DNA from: Marsupella aquatica
Taxonomy: Eukaryota > Plantae > Marchantiophyta
Assembly: GCA_973895155.1 (NCBI GenBank)
Contig: OZ316893.1
Span: 15,654,645 to 15,718,644, forward strand
DNA length: 64,000 bases
Reading direction: 5' to 3'
The translations under genes were made by a program, and so were the position numbers. The notes under the pieces are model-generated. The model did not search any database. It was given only the letters and a program-made list of their open reading frames with translations, and was not told where the DNA came from. The number at the start of each line of letters is the position of its first letter. Within the stretch, counting starts at the first letter, position 1. Below, in pieces: positions 23,607 through 36,744 of the stretch.

Positions 23607-24524
23607 TTTCAAATCGGGTGGTCTCCATGGTCTCCATAGCTCCCATTGCATTAAAGAAAGAAGTTATATTTACACTTGACCTTAAAAGCTTTGAAGAATA
23701 TTAAACCATCAAATTGACATTCCCAACAAATTCACTAGAGTAAAAACTCTCTGTACAATATGTATCAGAAGCTAATTTCAGTCTCGTTTTTTTTAATTTG
23801 ATTTTTTTTTAAGGGGCAAGGCTCTGGAAACTTAGAACTAAAAGCGTGGATGAACTATCCACTGGTAGGTTGTCTATGAAATCCCCATGGACAAACCAAA
23901 AATGGACTTGATTCAAACACACATATATGCTTGGATATTATGTTTTACACTTGTGTACAAAAATACCCTGATTGTCACTTCTGTCCAACTATCCAAAAGT
24001 ACCATGTCAAAGCACCATCTCTATCCATTTTTGTCCAAGGGTACCATGTACCATCATTGATTGCAAGCCTAGTTGTATTCTCTTAATATTCTATTCCCTC
24101 AAACTAGTAACTTTAATCATTTTCTTAGAGTTCAATAAAAATAATAAATATGTAAGGTATGTTTAGATATTTGTAGGCCTTATCTGGCCTTTATGGTAAA
24201 TAAACTTATGTGTAGACTAAGCTCTTCACAATTTACTCATAGCCCCTCAAGTAGTTTGTTCAATGAGCAAAAGCAAAATTAATTCATTTTTTTTCAAGAA
24301 TATTTTTATGTTTATAGTAGATCGCAAAACTCCCACAAAGGGGGAAACAAGCACCACAATGGCCCGTGAACCAATATACAATTTCCACTAGGAAAGCAAG
24401 GGACAAATCTTCATTTTCATAGAGAATTGCTCTTGAGATGGAATACTATTTTGCATAGTGTTGCCCTTGTGTTAAGGAGGGGTTTGACTTATTTTCTTCG
24501 AGCGCGGGTGGCCTTGTCAACCTT

Positions 24525-25430
24525 GTCATAAGCTTGTCCCAAACGCCGAGACCAATTTGGCATCAACACTAGCAACCAACTCTGAGGTTCCAACTCAACT
24601 GAGAGTCTAGGGGAAAAATTCACTAACCTTGGACCTCAACACGCATGTCTACTCTACATTGCCACAACGCAAGCTCGTGTGGAAAACTGAATGCGGCTTG
24701 GCTGCTGTTTTGGTAGGATTTGGCTAGTGGGCGAGACAGCCCCCGCAAATTCAAGAACCAAAGGAATTCCCGGACACAGTTGAGCTCAAGAGGATGTAGT
24801 CCTCAAGAACTTTCCAATGCATCCAAAAAGTTTATGTTTGACGTTTCTTCTTAGTGTTGTGACCGCCGTGACTCACGACTTGGGCTGCCCTTGGCCCCAG
24901 GGCGATATCACTCCCCTCATATATGATTATGGAGATCTTCCATCCCCATACCAACTTTTGTTCCCTATATTTGATCCTCAACCTGGAAGCCAACCCAATT
25001 GCATGAACACGTAATTGACTTGCTATGCCCATAACTTTCTAGGAAGACGTCCATAAGTCAAGTGTCGTAGCCCGTTGTGATTGGGCCAAACCGGCCGGTG
25101 CTCATGCTCAGGCCCTCAGAATCCATCGCCAATCGGGGCGCCCGAACAACTACACTTGTGTTGCGCCGTAACTAGTGCCCCAAATGTCCGTTGCACATGA
25201 GGTCAACTTCTTTGGCCTTGGACCCAAGAATAGCTCTCACTCAAGCCCTCAAAAATTAAAGTTCATCTGGGGGTTTGGACGGTCCAAAATAAGGTTGACC
25301 TTTTTCATGACCCGATCAGCTCCCAATGCTAGTCTAAGTACTTAATGTGTGTCACCAGCCCCTAGCATTGCCTTTGCTAGTGCAACACTTCATTGCTCAC
25401 TAGTCTCCCCATACTTAGTCCCCACTAGAT
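24525..25430 (+). mobile_element. Truncated, diverged copy of the about 1.47-kb interspersed repeat (LTR-like family A)
   Basis: Shares in order GCTTGGCTGCTGTTTTGG.AGGATTTGGC, GCCCCCGCAAA, CCGTG.CTCACGACTTGGGCT, CCCATAACTTTCTAG, TGTGATTGGGCCAA, CTCTCACTCAAGCCCTCA and CTAGTCTCCCCAT with the copies at 36745 and 54125. Confidence 0.8.
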
Positions 25431-28400
25431 CTTCTTGCTAGTACTTGCTACGTCAGTCAATCCAAAAAGGATAAGTCTAAAGCTTGAATTCACGTACTTT
25501 TCAAGATTTTCATGATTTTCCCAAAAGTAATTTAAAGAACACACATAAAAGCATAATTTTAGATTTCATTTTCACAATTACTAAAAATCACAAATCCACA
25601 CATAATAACAAACATCAAAATAATACATAGTCTTTGATTTGAGTTTGTGCAAACTCAAATAACAAGTTGAAGGATCATATCAATCGTAGGTGTTACATCT
25701 AATTCCACTAAATCTCTAAATGCAACCAAACTAATCTCACTCTTCTCTAGCCTCCTCTCCACTTCCAGAAGCTACGTCCGTCAAGCCCAATTGTTACACC
25801 TTCTCTTGCACCCTCTACTATGAACACAATTTTGGACCAAACGAAAACTATTTCCGCAAGGGGCGAAGTGTGTTTTTGATCCCACAGAGTTTTGCCAATT
25901 TTGGCAAAAATGGTGAAAGTTTGTACCAAAGACGTTGATTTCAAGATCTTCAAGTTTTTGTATCAAAAAATGGGCTGCATCAAGTTATCAGGGAATGCTC
26001 CCACAACTAGATTTTATAATTATTTCAGAATTCGATGAAAGTGGAGGGTTCCAAATAATCTCGCAAATGTATAGTAAACGGAAAACACCAAAAATCAAAT
26101 TTTGTAAAGGCCACAGACCCGACCACAAAATTATAGAAACATTTTCATCATCCATAGTAAAAACCAAAATCAAACCCAATCCGGATCCATGTCTCGCAAA
26201 TGGATTCAATGCCAAAAATCAATGTCGAAAACAACAAAACAACCACTTCAAGAAAAATTAGTCAAAAGACAAAGTTACTTCTTCCTTGACCAAAGTTTAT
26301 GTTAAGTGCAATGCATCATAGTTAACCTAGTGGTAAATTCCAGGGTAAATTGCCAACTCGGGGGTCTCACTTCCACAAAAATGGCATATCACGTGCGACG
26401 AAAGATAGGGTCATTTTATTGGTTCTAAGGGAAGACTTAAGAATTTTTGTAGAAGAACAATAGGGTCTTTTAAATTCAATTTTGAGACTTATAAGAACAT
26501 TAGGGTCTTTTTAATCCAATTTTTAGAATATTCCAAGAATATTCCAACTTTATAGGGGTTAAAAAATAAAAAAATGTTCTTACATTTTAGGGGGTTCGAG
26601 GCCTAAAAACGTCGCAGGCGATGGGGAGGTCCCCATATAGTGAGACCCCCGAGATTGCCAAATGCACAATAATGCTACGGACCGCTCAATGTCGTGACTA
26701 CAATTCAAAAACGCACAATTACACAACCGCTCAATGTTATGACCATCAAATCCTGACATGGTGACACCAAGAAAGTGATTCTAATAAGGTATCAAATTAT
26801 GAACAATAAGCAATTCATTTGATGTCATCTATTGTTTCTCCACTTGCATGGGAAAACTACTATGGATCCAAAATTGTATACAGGTATTGCTTGGGGGCAC
26901 TCAAACTCAAAAACTTCACTTTGGGGACTCCTGAACTAGTTTTTTCGTTTAGTAACAAACTAGCCCAGTCAAATAAAGCCATGTGGTCAGACTTCAGCAA
27001 AAGTATAAATACAAGGGCGTTCCAACATATTTGGAAACTCATTATCGTATCTGCTTGGGTTTTTTGTCACTTTGCTTAGAGGCACGCAACGTCCTTCGGT
27101 TTGTCTTGAGTTAATGCACAACTCCATAGCGCGTTGCATGTATAACTCCAGCATGTCTCAGACAGACACTGAGTTGCCATTGAGTTTTGTAGACCGAGTC
27201 ATCTCCTAATGTATAGTAGGTCCTCGTTGTTTGCCAAACCATATTTGCCAACTATTACCACTCTTGTAGTAGAGCGTATCCAAAATATCTGATTCAAACT
27301 CTGATTCAGATGACAATTCAGGACGAGAACTAGGAATTTACTATGTTTCTCCCGGAAAGCCTGACAAACATCGTCTCCTCAATGCCCCATCCTAGGGAAT
27401 GCGGTCCAAACTAACATACAAGGCTTACTTAGGGCTGAGGTGTACTTTTAGACGGTTGTCAATACTGGGTTACGTACGGAGAGAGAATCAAGAGGACAAT
27501 ACAATTAGTATCAGCCTCAAAATTGAATGTGCCTAATTCAAAGCACGTGCAACAATGGTTCTTTCAAGGGGCGACGAGTCAAGAACCGGTGGTCCAACGT
27601 GCACGGCCAAAAATACCTGTATTGCTGTTTGCATTGAACGGGCCAAGCAAGAAGGCAACATTTGGAATGAGAACTCCAAATTCTCAGCAGAACAATGTAG
27701 CAGCAGGGACAACTCAAGCTCCACTAGATTTGACTCCACCAAATGTTTCTTGACGTCCAATTTGACAGCTACAATCAAAAGAAGAGGTCTTCCCAGTAGT
27801 ATTAATTAGTGGGGTCAGAGTCATGTATAGGGAACCTCAAAGTCCCATTGTGTCCTTGGATGAATCAAGTAATAGTAAGGACCAAAGACAAGAACTTGGA
27901 GTTTTTGCCGCACTTGCTCAAGTTGTTTTTGGGAGAAAAGGGTAAAATATATAGGGGTGAAAGAAAATAATATTTGAATGAGTTGTGATTGACATATTTG
28001 TGGCAATCTATTTTAATTATCTCCTAATTTATATTTAATTTACACATTTTTGAGCTAATGACAAGTAGAAAGAAACACTTCAACTACTTTAATATTAATC
28101 AAGGTAACTGAAAAAACCCTTTGGCTACTATGGAAAGAGGAGTAACAAGCAAACTTTAAGGTAAGAAACACCATAACTACTATGGGTATAAGAATACCAA
28201 GTGAATCTTCTAAGACCTTTCAACGACTATGGACAAAGTAATATTTTTCATGAACTATATGGAATGTTACATGTATTCTGTAGACATAGGGGTACTAATA
28301 AAAATGTTTTACAGGGAGAATTACACACGTCGGTATTACCATGAATGTACTCCTATTTGTCTTCAATGAAATTGTCCTAACTACCTTTAAAATTCATTTC

Positions 28401-29534
28401 AATTAGAATAGTCCATTTAATCTTTGTCCTCTCCTCTATCTATTCCAACATACATACTCTTCATGTCTCCAAATAGTTCAATAAAACAAGCCTATATAAC
28501 CAAGGCGTCCTCTATCAAACTAATTACTATCTTAGTGTCTTTCCCACCACCTGTTTTGGCAACTGGTTAACCAAAATAACTCTGGGTTAGTTTTGAGTGA
28601 TCCAACATACATTCCATATTGGCTATTTAATTCATTGATCAAACATTTTGCTATGGTCTTCAAATTAACGTAAACACCTTGGCCCACCCTTCACTAGGGG
28701 GTGGGGGAGTGGGCAGGCAACCGGGAGGGGGCAGAGCAAGTTAGGAGAGTGACCCAACCCAACATTGAGGCTTGGAAAGCATGTTGTGGTTAGGGTAGAG
28801 GACATAGGCCATCTAATGGTGATACCCTTCTGGTCAAATGGTGACCATTAGATTGTTTCAAGCTAATTATAGCTACTTTGCTTAGCTAAGTATGAGGCTA
28901 AGTAACAATGGAAAGGATGACAAAGTAGTAGTTAAACTAAATTGAGTGGAAAATTGTGTATATTAAACAAAATTGTGGCAATGTAGTAAATGTCAGATTA
29001 AAATTTGCCAATTGCAAGGCTTGAGGTTTTCTTTAAACCACAGCTGCCCCATCAAGAGATGTGGGTTACCTGTAGGATCCAAATTTCACTATTAACAATA
29101 AATTTTACCCACAAGAAAACTGGAGCAGAATTCCACCTTAAAGGAAAGAAGTGAATGGAATGTGAAAAAAAAACAAGTGTAGGACACTTCCCCTTATATG
29201 TGGGCACTTGTGATTTAAGAAGATTTAACAGGACCACAAAGTTAACAATACACATAGCTTGGCTTACTAAGCCCTCTATCTCTTTGCAGTCATCTTTTAA
29301 AGAGCCTTTGAAAAATAGGATTTGCAATGATATCTGAAACTGCCTTTTAATTAGGCATAGATACAAGTTTGCAAAAATCTTCTTGGACTATCAACTCCTC
29401 AGCAATGCCCCACGTGAAATGTAAGTATGGGAAACACGTTGTGGGGCTTCTTACCTTAGTTGTTTCTTCCGTTTGTCAGTCTGATGCCTTTTAGGGATCT
29501 CTCCAGGTTTGACTTTTTTAATAGTCATGTATCA

Positions 29535-30170
29535 CTAGCCCAATATTTGTGTGTTGCACAGAAGATGTCGAGGGGAGGAAGAGATGTAGAGGTAAGAAAA
29601 ATATAACGAGGTTAGGACAAAAGGATTGTTGAGGTGAGGAAAAATGTTGAGGGGAGCAAAAAATGTCAAGGCGACGCAAAGATGTCAAGCCAACTGAGAC
29701 AGAGTTGTAGAGGTGAATGATGCTAATTATGCAAAGTAATGAAGGCCAACATGGCACACAAATGTCAAGGTGAGGAAAAGATGTGAAGGAGACACAAAGA
29801 ACTGTTAGTAAATCAGCGTTATCCAGAAGTGTGCAAAAATTTGTTGAGGGGAGGAAAACATGTCAAGGCAATGGAAAAATGAAGGAGGCACAAAACTGTC
29901 GAGGGGAGAAAAAGATGTTGAGGGAAAACAAAGATGTCAATGTGAAACAAAGATCTTGAGGGGAGGAAAAGATGTCTTGAGGAGAGCCAAAAGGCAAGAC
30001 AAAGATGTCAAGGCCACACAAAGAAATATATGCTAGTGTTGCACAGAAGATGTCAAGGTGAAGGAAAAGATGTTGACACAGGTGAGGAAAATAGTTACGT
30101 TGAGGGGAGGAAAAGATTTCAAGAAGAGGAAAAGATATCAGCACAAGGCAAAGATTTCAAGGCAATGAAC
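29535..30170 (-). mobile_element. Helitron 3' end (minus strand) with subterminal GACATCTT repeat array
   Basis: The minus strand reads ...GACATCTTCTGTGCAACACACAAATATTGGGCTAG|T, ending at 29535. It has the same subterminal repeats (AAGATGTC on the + strand) and terminal motif as 61380-61624 and 62820-63548. Confidence 0.7.
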
Positions 30171-30578
30171 ACATAAAATTGTTGTTATGGCTACCAAGAA
30201 ATTCCGCCGTTCCCATTTTTGAAAAGCAAAGGATACTCTACAGATACCATATTACACTGGTTGATGATGATTGTGACTAGCCTAACCATGATAGACATTG
30301 TTGTCAATGTGAAACACTGCTCTTAGACTTCTAAGGCTTTTCTGTTGTGCCAGTGGGCAAGGAGGCTAGTGTTCAGGGTATTGGAGGCTAACAAGCTAGT
30401 CAATACCTGGTATAGGGCACACGAAAGTAGCATAGGTTACACCAGGTTTCATTAGGATCTTATCTGTACTATCCTATAGAAACCTCGGATGCCACATCCG
30501 AGTCTACGAGCGCAATTGTGTACGCATCCAATGAGGAAAAGGTTTAGAATGAGCACGTCGGGTGGAGCTCCTGTAGTC

Positions 30579-30592
30579 AGGGTTTAGGGTTT
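30579..30592 (-). promoter_or_regulatory. Telo-box (AAACCCTA) upstream of NHP2
   Basis: AGGGTTTAGGGTTT lies about 420 bp upstream of the NHP2 ATG. Telo-boxes are typical of plant ribosome-biogenesis and translation gene promoters. Confidence 0.55.
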
Positions 30593-31007
30593 ATCGCACC
30601 AGGCAGAGTTTCCCCAAAGCGCCTCCGGAGCGCGAGACTGCAATTCCCACTTAGCTTTCGCTGCGCTTGTCTTTCGTTCGTTCTTCAACGCACTCGATCC
30701 CAAACTCACCCAAATTTCTTTCTGGGTGGACGATTTCTGATTCGAAGGAAGGTATTTGGAGTGAGGCACTCGACCACCGTTGTGTTTCGGTCGAGCTCAT
30801 CGAAGGCCACAGCAAGAATATACAGACGACGATCTTAAGGAGGAAGTGGAAGAAGACTAGGCCGGGGCATGGTCTGCGTTTTTGCTGTGGAAGGCGCTAT
30901 TGGGAGAAAGGATCGTGAAGACTGAAATTAGGGGACGGGAGAGACGGCGGCCTTAAGTCGTATAGTTGCGAACGGCCGAGTCTCACCTCTGAAGGCAGGA
31001 GAGAATC

Positions 31008-32553
31008 ATGGTGAGTGACGGCGAGCAGGATAAGGAGAAAAAGAAAGTGCGGTTGGTGTCGCCGATAGCCAGTCCACTTGCTGGAAAGAAGCTGACGAAA
31101 AAGTCTCTCAAGGTCGTCAAGCGAGGTCCACCTTCTGTTTCTTATCGCCCCTGTCCTAAACTTCGTTGCTTGAGTTCACCTAGAATGTGCTGGAAACTGC
31201 GTCTTGTGAGTCCCAATTGCATCACTCGTCCCTATTTTGCTGCTTCTGGACTGCTGACTTTCTCAAATTAAGTACATGCCTGTCCATTTCTTTTCCTCGC
31301 TTCAAACCTTCGAGAAAAGTCATAGGGCACCATGAGGAAATTATTACTGGCCAAGACGGGGGATAGGATTCCCATCCGACGGAGCGAGACATTAGGTTTG
31401 GAGGCCCTTTGGAAGTTTAAGCTATTGTAATTACTCCTCTTTCCCTCGTCTTTTGCGCTTAAAGCTGCCGCCAAGGGCGTGGTGTATGTGCCAGCGAATC
31501 TGCACCATCTGCTGGGGCAGAATGATGAATATGCAGTCGTAGTTTCCTGCTTACTGTGCTTCTCAGGGCACAGGAAACGGAGAGTACATTATTTTTCATT
31601 CATGACTATCCATTCAAGCCATCCCAGACCCTCAATGAGTGGGCTAGATCGGCTTTGGCCACACACACTTGCCCTGTGGCTTCCCGATTGTCATTGTCCT
31701 TTCTCACAGGTTGATGATGGTCAAGCGGTTCGTATTCTTTCCCGGAATCTGGTTTGGAAGGATGGTGGGAAAATTGGAGGCCCATCTTGCATTTGGGCTT
31801 TCCAGCTTAGACAATCCCCCTCATTGAATGTTGAAATTACCCTTGATGGAGTAGCATGAAGATACGTGTTGAAAGGGCCGCTCACAGGAGTAATTGTCAT
31901 TGGTGTTGTGCAGCCGCGAAGACGAAGCTCTTGAGGCGTGGTGTGAAGGAGGTTGTGAAGGCTTTGAAGAAGGGCCAGAAAGGGTAATTTGATCTGTTTG
32001 CTGAGATTCTGATTATACAGTGATCCGCGAGCTGGCCTTGTGAGCTGGCACTCACATCCTGGACCAGACTGTTCTGTATAGGCCTTGGGGTAACTGTGGC
32101 TAACTGGCTTCGTGTTTCTGCAGGTTGTGTATTATAGCGGGGGACATCTCACCTATTGATGTCATAACACACGTGCCAATCCTATGCGAGGAAGCCGATG
32201 TCCCGTACATTTATGTGCCTTCGAAAGAGGCAAGTGATTTTTAAAAGTTCTTTGTACGAATCCTTTTAGATGTGGTTGGTGCGAATTATTTCTTTGTTCA
32301 TTTTGTGCCTGTCAGGATCTCTTACATTAGCGTTAGATGACGAGATTGTCGTCTTGCCTTCTGATATGTCTAGTTTGTTGTGTACTGTCAGGACCTGGGT
32401 GCTGCTGGAGCCACCAAGCGACCAACAAGTTGCACTCTTATTCTAGTGGGTCCAATGACTGGTGAGGTCACAGCAGAGGAAAAAGAAAAGTTTAAAGAAG
32501 AATTCGATGAAGTTGTTAAAGAAGTCAAGGTTCTTGCAGCTTCTGTTTTTTAG
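31008..32553 (+). CDS. NHP2: H/ACA ribonucleoprotein complex subunit 2 (NHP2, L7Ae family), 4 exons
   Basis: Exons 31008-31125, 31914-31983, 32124-32229 (GC donor GAG|GCAAGT) and 32392-32553 give MVSDGEQDKEKKKVRLVSPIASPLAGKKLTKKSLKVVKRAAKTKLLRRGVKEVVKALKKGQKGLCIIAGDISPIDVITHVPILCEEADVPYIYVPSKEDLGAAGATKRPTSC...LAASVF*. Confidence 0.95.
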
Positions 32554-34007
32554 GATTTGAGGATATTAGCTTCCTGGCTTACTGTGTAACTGCCATGTTC
32601 GTGAGCTCCCCTAAGCTATTTACTGGGGAATTTCTTGGTATTGTCTCCACTGTATGTTATTCGTCGTTTAGACCAAGAAAACTGGCTGATGGTACACTGT
32701 TACTTCAGTGGCTATTTAGAGGCAACGTGCACGTCGTGTTGAACTTTAGCTAGGCCATATGAAGGCAATTGTCGCCACTGGGAATACCTGCATCAGTTCT
32801 TTCGTCTTGTGGCAGCCACAAGGCGCACACTCAGGAAGCTTGATACATGAGAAATATAGGGTTGAGCGACGGAGGACTGATGGCTCGCGGCCATGTAAGT
32901 CTAGATTAGAAAGCTCGTCGTGCTTCAACTCCAAGTGAGCACAATTTTGATGTGGTGCCTAGGATTGGCCATCCAATCAAGCCTGAAGACTTCCATGAGA
33001 CCATGAAAGGATGCGCTTCATGAATCTTCAGTTCCAATGATGTACTGCTGATTCTCTTGTCGACTGTCAAATTTATACCTCCATTTAAATGGGCAATCGG
33101 TCCTTTACTTGTTTCGTAACAAGTACGATTGTAACGCAACAAGTACGAAACGTTTTTGGTCTCATCTGGGAATTTGGGTCGGTTTTGCAAATTGTGCCCT
33201 GAATTGTCTCCGTGAAAATGCCAAATTTGCTTTTAGAAGTGCATGCAGGTTGAAAGTCGACTGTCAAGATCACGAACTTCTGCGCCAACCATGCACAACC
33301 GCAGTGCCACGGAAGTAACATGGGAGAGGAATATGACCTTAACGGAATAGCACTTGCATACTCAACACAAGGGCAGACTGGAGACGAGCCTCCATTTCTA
33401 TTGGAATCTAAATTCCCCTAATTGGACTGAAATGAGAAATTATGACGGTGCGAGACCAAAACATGCTCTACCAGGCTGAGATAGTGCGAATTCTCGGACT
33501 CGAGAAAAACGTGGGGTATCTTCAACTCACTGCATTCCTCGTCATTATCTAACTTTTTCCTTGCATGGGCATCCACCACATTCACATTTGCAGCGCTCAC
33601 GACCAAGCAATGGCCCCAACGAAATGAGTGTGTTGCAGTGGAGATACTTCGACCATCCTAAAAATACCTTGATCATCACGGACTCCACAAAAATTTCCCT
33701 TTTATACCAGGGACATTTCCAAAGCGTCCCCTACAAGCAAATGTGGTAATAGCAGCAGAAAGCATCCATTTGAGAACCTCGCAGGAAGCAGGGCACATTT
33801 CACACTTCGAGCACCGTGGATCCTAAGCCTGGCCTAAATCAGCTCTTAAAATAAGACTTCCCCTCCCTCGAAGTCCAAGTGACAAGGGTTTATAATTTAT
33901 AAATTTTGCAAAACCCCAAGATTGACCACGCAGCTGGAGGAATTACAACCGAAGTAACGAGAGATTTATTGTTTAACAGAATAACAGAACCCTTGCTTGA
34001 TATCATA

Positions 34008-35728
34008 TCACCTCAAGACAAGATGGTCTATTATTTCAAAATGCATTTGCAAATCTGGGGGCCTCTCACTGAAGTAAAGCCTTTCATTGACTTGAAGTTT
34101 ACCACCTCCATACTTACGAGCAGCCTCCTTCAACAACTGAACGCAGCGGTTCTTCTCCATTACAACCCATCTTCGATTACTATCTTGCCACTGGCGTGGG
34201 GTTCCATGGATTCCAACATAGAAGCCGCCACCTCTTGACCTTGCAGCTTTTGCCAGCCCCTCGAGCACTCTAGGGTCCGTCTGATATGCACCTTGACAAT
34301 TCAACCCAACATCCACATAATGAACCTCTTCAATACTGCTGAGAAAGGCTTCTACGGTAGAAGGTAGTAGTTGGCTTTTCTTCTCTTCTTCGGGTCCTCC
34401 TTTTCTACTCACCTTGTCTTGTAAACTGAATATTTTAAGTCTATGGTCATCATGAGAATTTAAGGACTCCTCGTAATGTACAATCTCCGCTAGCATTTGA
34501 TTGAGGATGACTCCGCCCTTGCTGAAGCCCAAAAGAATCATGGGTGGGCATTTATTCACCAGATCTCGGAAGGGTTCAAAGGGAGATGCCTTTTGTACAC
34601 ATTCATCAGAGCTGCCGTTTTCCTTTCCTTGCAACTCAGCAACTTTGCCATCTTTATGCTTCTCCCGAAGCTGTGCAGCTTTTACCTTCAAGAGAAACAA
34701 TGAAGTTCAACATTAGGAAAAAGAGGGATATTCACGCACAGTATTTTCTGCCTCAATTGACGAGGAAGAGTAAATAGCCAATTCCGAGTAGACAGAGAAA
34801 GGTCTCATCGGGCAATGCTCGTTGGCCAGTACCAGTTGTTACTGTAGAGCCTCCAATGTACATATTTTTGCACAAAGATATTATCTGCGTAAGCCAATCT
34901 TGGAGAAAAGGAAACCAACTAATACTGAGCCAACTATCTGTCACTGCAAATGATACCCCTGTCCTATCCTCTGTGATTTGACTACCGACTCGTACACGTG
35001 AATTGAGGCAGATGATACTCTTCAGTACAATCTTCCATTACATGATTTAGCATAAAGAGATTGATAACCTGCGTAAGACAATCTTGGAGGATGGAGAAAC
35101 AGGCCCGAGCTGCAGGTAAGCCTTTGGGTTTGTAACCTATGGGTTCTCCAGATGCAGTCAAGCTAGGTAAAATGTTTTCATAGCAGGCAAATGGGCCCTT
35201 GTAAACTGACGCTTCCATGATCCACAAGTTCACAGGTTGTTGGCCAAGCTTGGGAAGCAAGGCTGCTGCAATGTTCTCCAAATGCGAGAGGCGTTCCACT
35301 ATTGGATTTGCGGACTCCCTCACTCGATCTCCCACAAAGAATATAACATTGCTTGCCGGCTCCTGCTCTCTACCCCACAAGACCAGCAATCCACATGCCG
35401 AACATTGTTTCAATTACAACAGTGTGCAAGTCGTTGCTTCTTTGACAGTAGACACAGAAAATTTGCAACATCACAATCACGAAATTGACTAAACCCTAAG
35501 AAAATGAAATCACATTTTTGTGTGCAATCATACTGGACAGGGCGAGAAAGGAAGGACAGGGACAGGAAAACAACCAGGGACAGGGCGAGAAAGGAAGGAC
35601 AGGGAGGGAATGAGTCAAACCACAAGAGAGCCCGAAGAAGTGCATGCCAACGAAGCCAAAACTCGGAATCCATGGCTGCTGCTGCTCCTAAGATTCAAGA
35701 CTCCTTTCCATCGTTGTGCCGTAGCCAT
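34008..35728 (-). CDS. C2orf69 / UPF0565 family protein, 3 exons, about 359 aa
   Basis: Exons 35728-35621, 35362-35069 and 34685-34008 (phase-0 introns) give MATAQRWKGVL..FRVLASL..EPASNVIFFVGDRV..GPFACY..GEPIGY..LLGFSKGGVILNQ..VHYVDVGLN..HGTPRQW..LQMHFEII, the family motifs. Confidence 0.88.
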
Positions 35729-36227
35729 GATCTTCAATTTCAGCCTCAGAGCCCTAGTAATGTCGATCCTCCTTACCCTCCCGAACTCTAAGCGCGCGTC
35801 CGTGCCCAATAATTTTATGTTGGACAGCATCGAAATCGACCCCGCCCCATTCCCTTCAAGCGTCTGTCAGGAGTGATCTGAAGAGCATGACAATCGCTGT
35901 CGTCCTGTCATACGAAGCAACGACCTTAAGTTCCATGGCAATCACGTGAAACAAAACCTCTCCATCTCGGCTAGAATGTGGGACGCCTCTCATCTATTAT
36001 TCATCCTGGTCACCGCTGCACTCTTTAGTAGAAGCATTTGCTATGATCGGGAATGAATGTCCCGAATTCTCTCCAGCCTGCTCACGAACCTGTCCTTTAC
36101 CGGTGTTCTTTCCAACCCACATCTACAGTTCGCTACTTTTCTGAAGCTATGGACAAGACGACACGAATTGGGGCGCAACGCAAGCCCGTTTTGGGGAGAG
36201 GAGCTTTTGACTGAACTACTGTAGCTA

Positions 36228-36347
36228 CGGTGGTTCTTTTTGAAAAAGAAACAAAACGAGGGAAGCAGCAGCTGGCTGAATTCTCTCGGTGGTTCTTTTT
36301 GAAAAAGAAAAAAAAAACGAGGGAAGCAGCAGCTGGCTGAATTCTCT
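36228..36347. repeat. About 60-bp tandem duplication
   Basis: CGGTGGTTCTTTTT(T)GAAAAAGAAA..AAACGAGGGAAGCAGCAGCTGGCTGAATTCTCT occurs twice. Confidence 0.85.
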
Positions 36348-36744
36348 AGAAAAAAAACAAAGTAAAATTGTCATGGGAGGGCGACCAGCCAATTTGAAGC
36401 CCCCATGGACCACAAGGTTAGTGTTTGACAACCCCATGGACCACATTTCCTAAAATTGGAGTTTAATTGCAATACTTATCTTATTTATAAAACATCAACT
36501 AAGCTAGAGTGGTGGCTTAGGCTTCTAGAGTGAAACCTCTAGACCTTAATTCCATGACTCATCATCTGTTAATTCCATGGCTCATGATGTTGATGTAAAA
36601 CTCATGACTATGATGTATGTTAAATGATAATCATACATATTTTTTGTCATGATTTTTATTTGCATTAAAAAATGGGTTCTATGCCCACACCATAACATAT
36701 GTGCATAGAAAGAAAAATGTGTATAGAAAAGAGTATGATATGAG

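Noticed and set aside
26650-27810. Possible decayed transposon coding sequence
   Set aside because: Looks like degenerate coding DNA, but no motif could be assigned.
31615-31830. Telomerase RNA, U17/snR30 or RNase MRP identity for the NHP2 intron structure
   Set aside because: No CUAAACCCU template, no AUAUUCCUA/AAACCAU motifs, and no MRP P4 consensus.
34753-34944. Possible extra exon in C2orf69 intron 2
   Set aside because: The direct splice 35069>34685 is in frame (CLTQ-VKAAQ) and fits the family; the extra ORF lacks conserved residues.
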